Part shown: piece by piece, positions 62,537 through 64,000 of the stretch
How positions within the stretch are numbered: position 1 is the stretch's first letter
How the letters are laid out: every line of letters begins with the position of its first letter
Source: Callorhinchus milii
Lineage: Eukaryota
DNA: 64,000 nucleotides
Reading direction: 5' to 3'
NCBI RefSeq assembly: GCF_018977255.1
Contig: NW_024704742.1
Coordinates: 7,876,001 to 7,940,000 of the forward strand
Made by a program: the position numbers and the translations under genes
Notes under the pieces: generated by a model
What the model was told of the DNA's origin: nothing
The model's database searches: none
Seen by the model: only the letters and a program-made list of their open reading frames with translations

Positions 62537-64000
62537 AAGCAACAGATAATGTCGGTTACAATCAATCAATGGAAAGGCCTAACGTGGCTTGACACCGCAC
62601 GCACAAAGCACGAGAACCGAGTTCACCAGCGACCAATTTTTTAACGTGTCAATAAACTGAGAGCTCGCCCGGCAGCCTGGGCTGTTTTGAGCGAGATGGG
62701 GCCAGAAAGCAGTTTCAAGTATCAGGTTCACCTATCAGTTAAAGTTGGTAATCACCCCTCTGCCTGTCACACCCTTGGATGACTGTCGTTTAGGGTCGTC
62801 TTATGGGTTGCCACCGTAATGAGACAATCAGAAGAGCAGCTGCAAGTGGTGCAATTTCAGTAACACGGACAGGGCCAACAGAGGATCACGGTTGCTGCCA
62901 GCGAGCAAGACTCTATTATCTGGCTAAACTGGGACATTCATTATCTTCCATTGTAGTGTAATTCGGACTCAGTCAAGCTGTCTCTATCCCTTATATCCAC
63001 AATTCATAAGCCATAAATTAGCTGAGCATTGGTTTGTCCCATATGGCAGAGTTACCCGAGGTGAGGTAGAAGTATGAAGGAAATGAATGAGGCGTGAACT
63101 GCAGACTGTGGGTGAATTTCAAGTAGACACCTCATTACTCAGCGCCAGGCCTCAGGGGCTTGTGGCCCACTGCCCGCCTGATTTGGATTTTGCAGCCATT
63201 AACTTGTTATTTGTTCCAGTTCCAAGTATATTTTCTTATGGGGAAATGGACAAAGGGAACGGTTTGGTTGTTCACGCAGTTTCTTTTAAAGAGATGGGAT
63301 TGCGGTGTCAAACACAGTCTGGCTTTCACAAACTCAGAAGGCCTTTTTTTTCTTTCTGTTGCACGCTTTATGCGTAATTCACTGTCAAAGGCATTACAAA
63401 GTGGAGCTTTAGTCAACTAAAGCTCTATAATGGTCCGTTTGCAAGGCGACGTATAGGTCAGACCGCATGATGGTACTTTCTTCCATCCATCAACAGAAAG
63501 CAGTAAAAGTACACAGATATATTTAGCACAAGCTGAACAGTGGTTGACAACCCAGGTAACACGCCCATCTTCACATGTTCAAGAAATAAATTAAATTCAG
63601 GTTGTGTTACATTAGTGCTGTAAAAACACAGCAAGCATTTTTATTTATAGAAATTGCTTCAGCGTTTCAAATAACCTCTGATAAAGATTCATTGAAGACT
63701 GGAGACAATTGACAGGACCTGCGTGTGAATGTTTCCTCACTCTTTCCTCACTATCCAATCCCAGATATTAAGAAATTATGTTGTTTATGTGAGAGCCGCA
63801 AACAGCTGAATTGGAATCTCACATACAAAGCATTTCACTGAGACTTCAGGATCAATAGGTCAGTTTTGGTAGATTAGCTGAAAATGAGCCATTGCACCTT
63901 TGATATTCTCTTCCAGGTGTCTTATTTACTAATTAATTAAAAGAATATTGCACCACTGACACATAGCAGTTATTTCACACGGCAAAACGTCAGAGGTAAT

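Overview
Repeat-dense, apparently non-coding (intronic or intergenic) vertebrate genomic DNA. The repeat families point to a cartilaginous fish (inference). I recognise no host protein-coding exon, rRNA, true tRNA gene or CRISPR array. Content: (1) two very young, near-identical L2-clade LINEs in head-to-head inverted orientation, 44163-47440 (-) and 54474-57883 (+). The first is 5'-truncated with an open EN-RT frame. The second appears full-length with a single ORF broken only by two 1-bp deletions in C runs. (2) Older L2 and CR1 fragments, including an internally deleted CR1 that keeps its esterase-type ORF1. (3) Dozens of tRNA-headed SINEs in two main families, a Deu-domain type (A) and a tRNA-Ala/CORE-like/Deu-3' composite (B), which share a 3' stem-loop with the L2. 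(4) A Penelope-type fragment carrying a minimal hammerhead ribozyme core at about 62434-62470. (5) Repeat-free, motif-rich blocks that look like enhancers, a minus-strand TATA/CCAAT/GC-box promoter candidate at about 30.35-30.95 kb, and a candidate 15-nt micro-exon at 27690-27704. The best-supported unusual observations concern retrotransposition mechanics: a nearby empty-site paralogue, an apparent SINE 5' transduction, recurrent nested insertion sites and SINE tail exchange. I see no convincing evidence of a wholly new biological system. Boundaries of old repeats are approximate.
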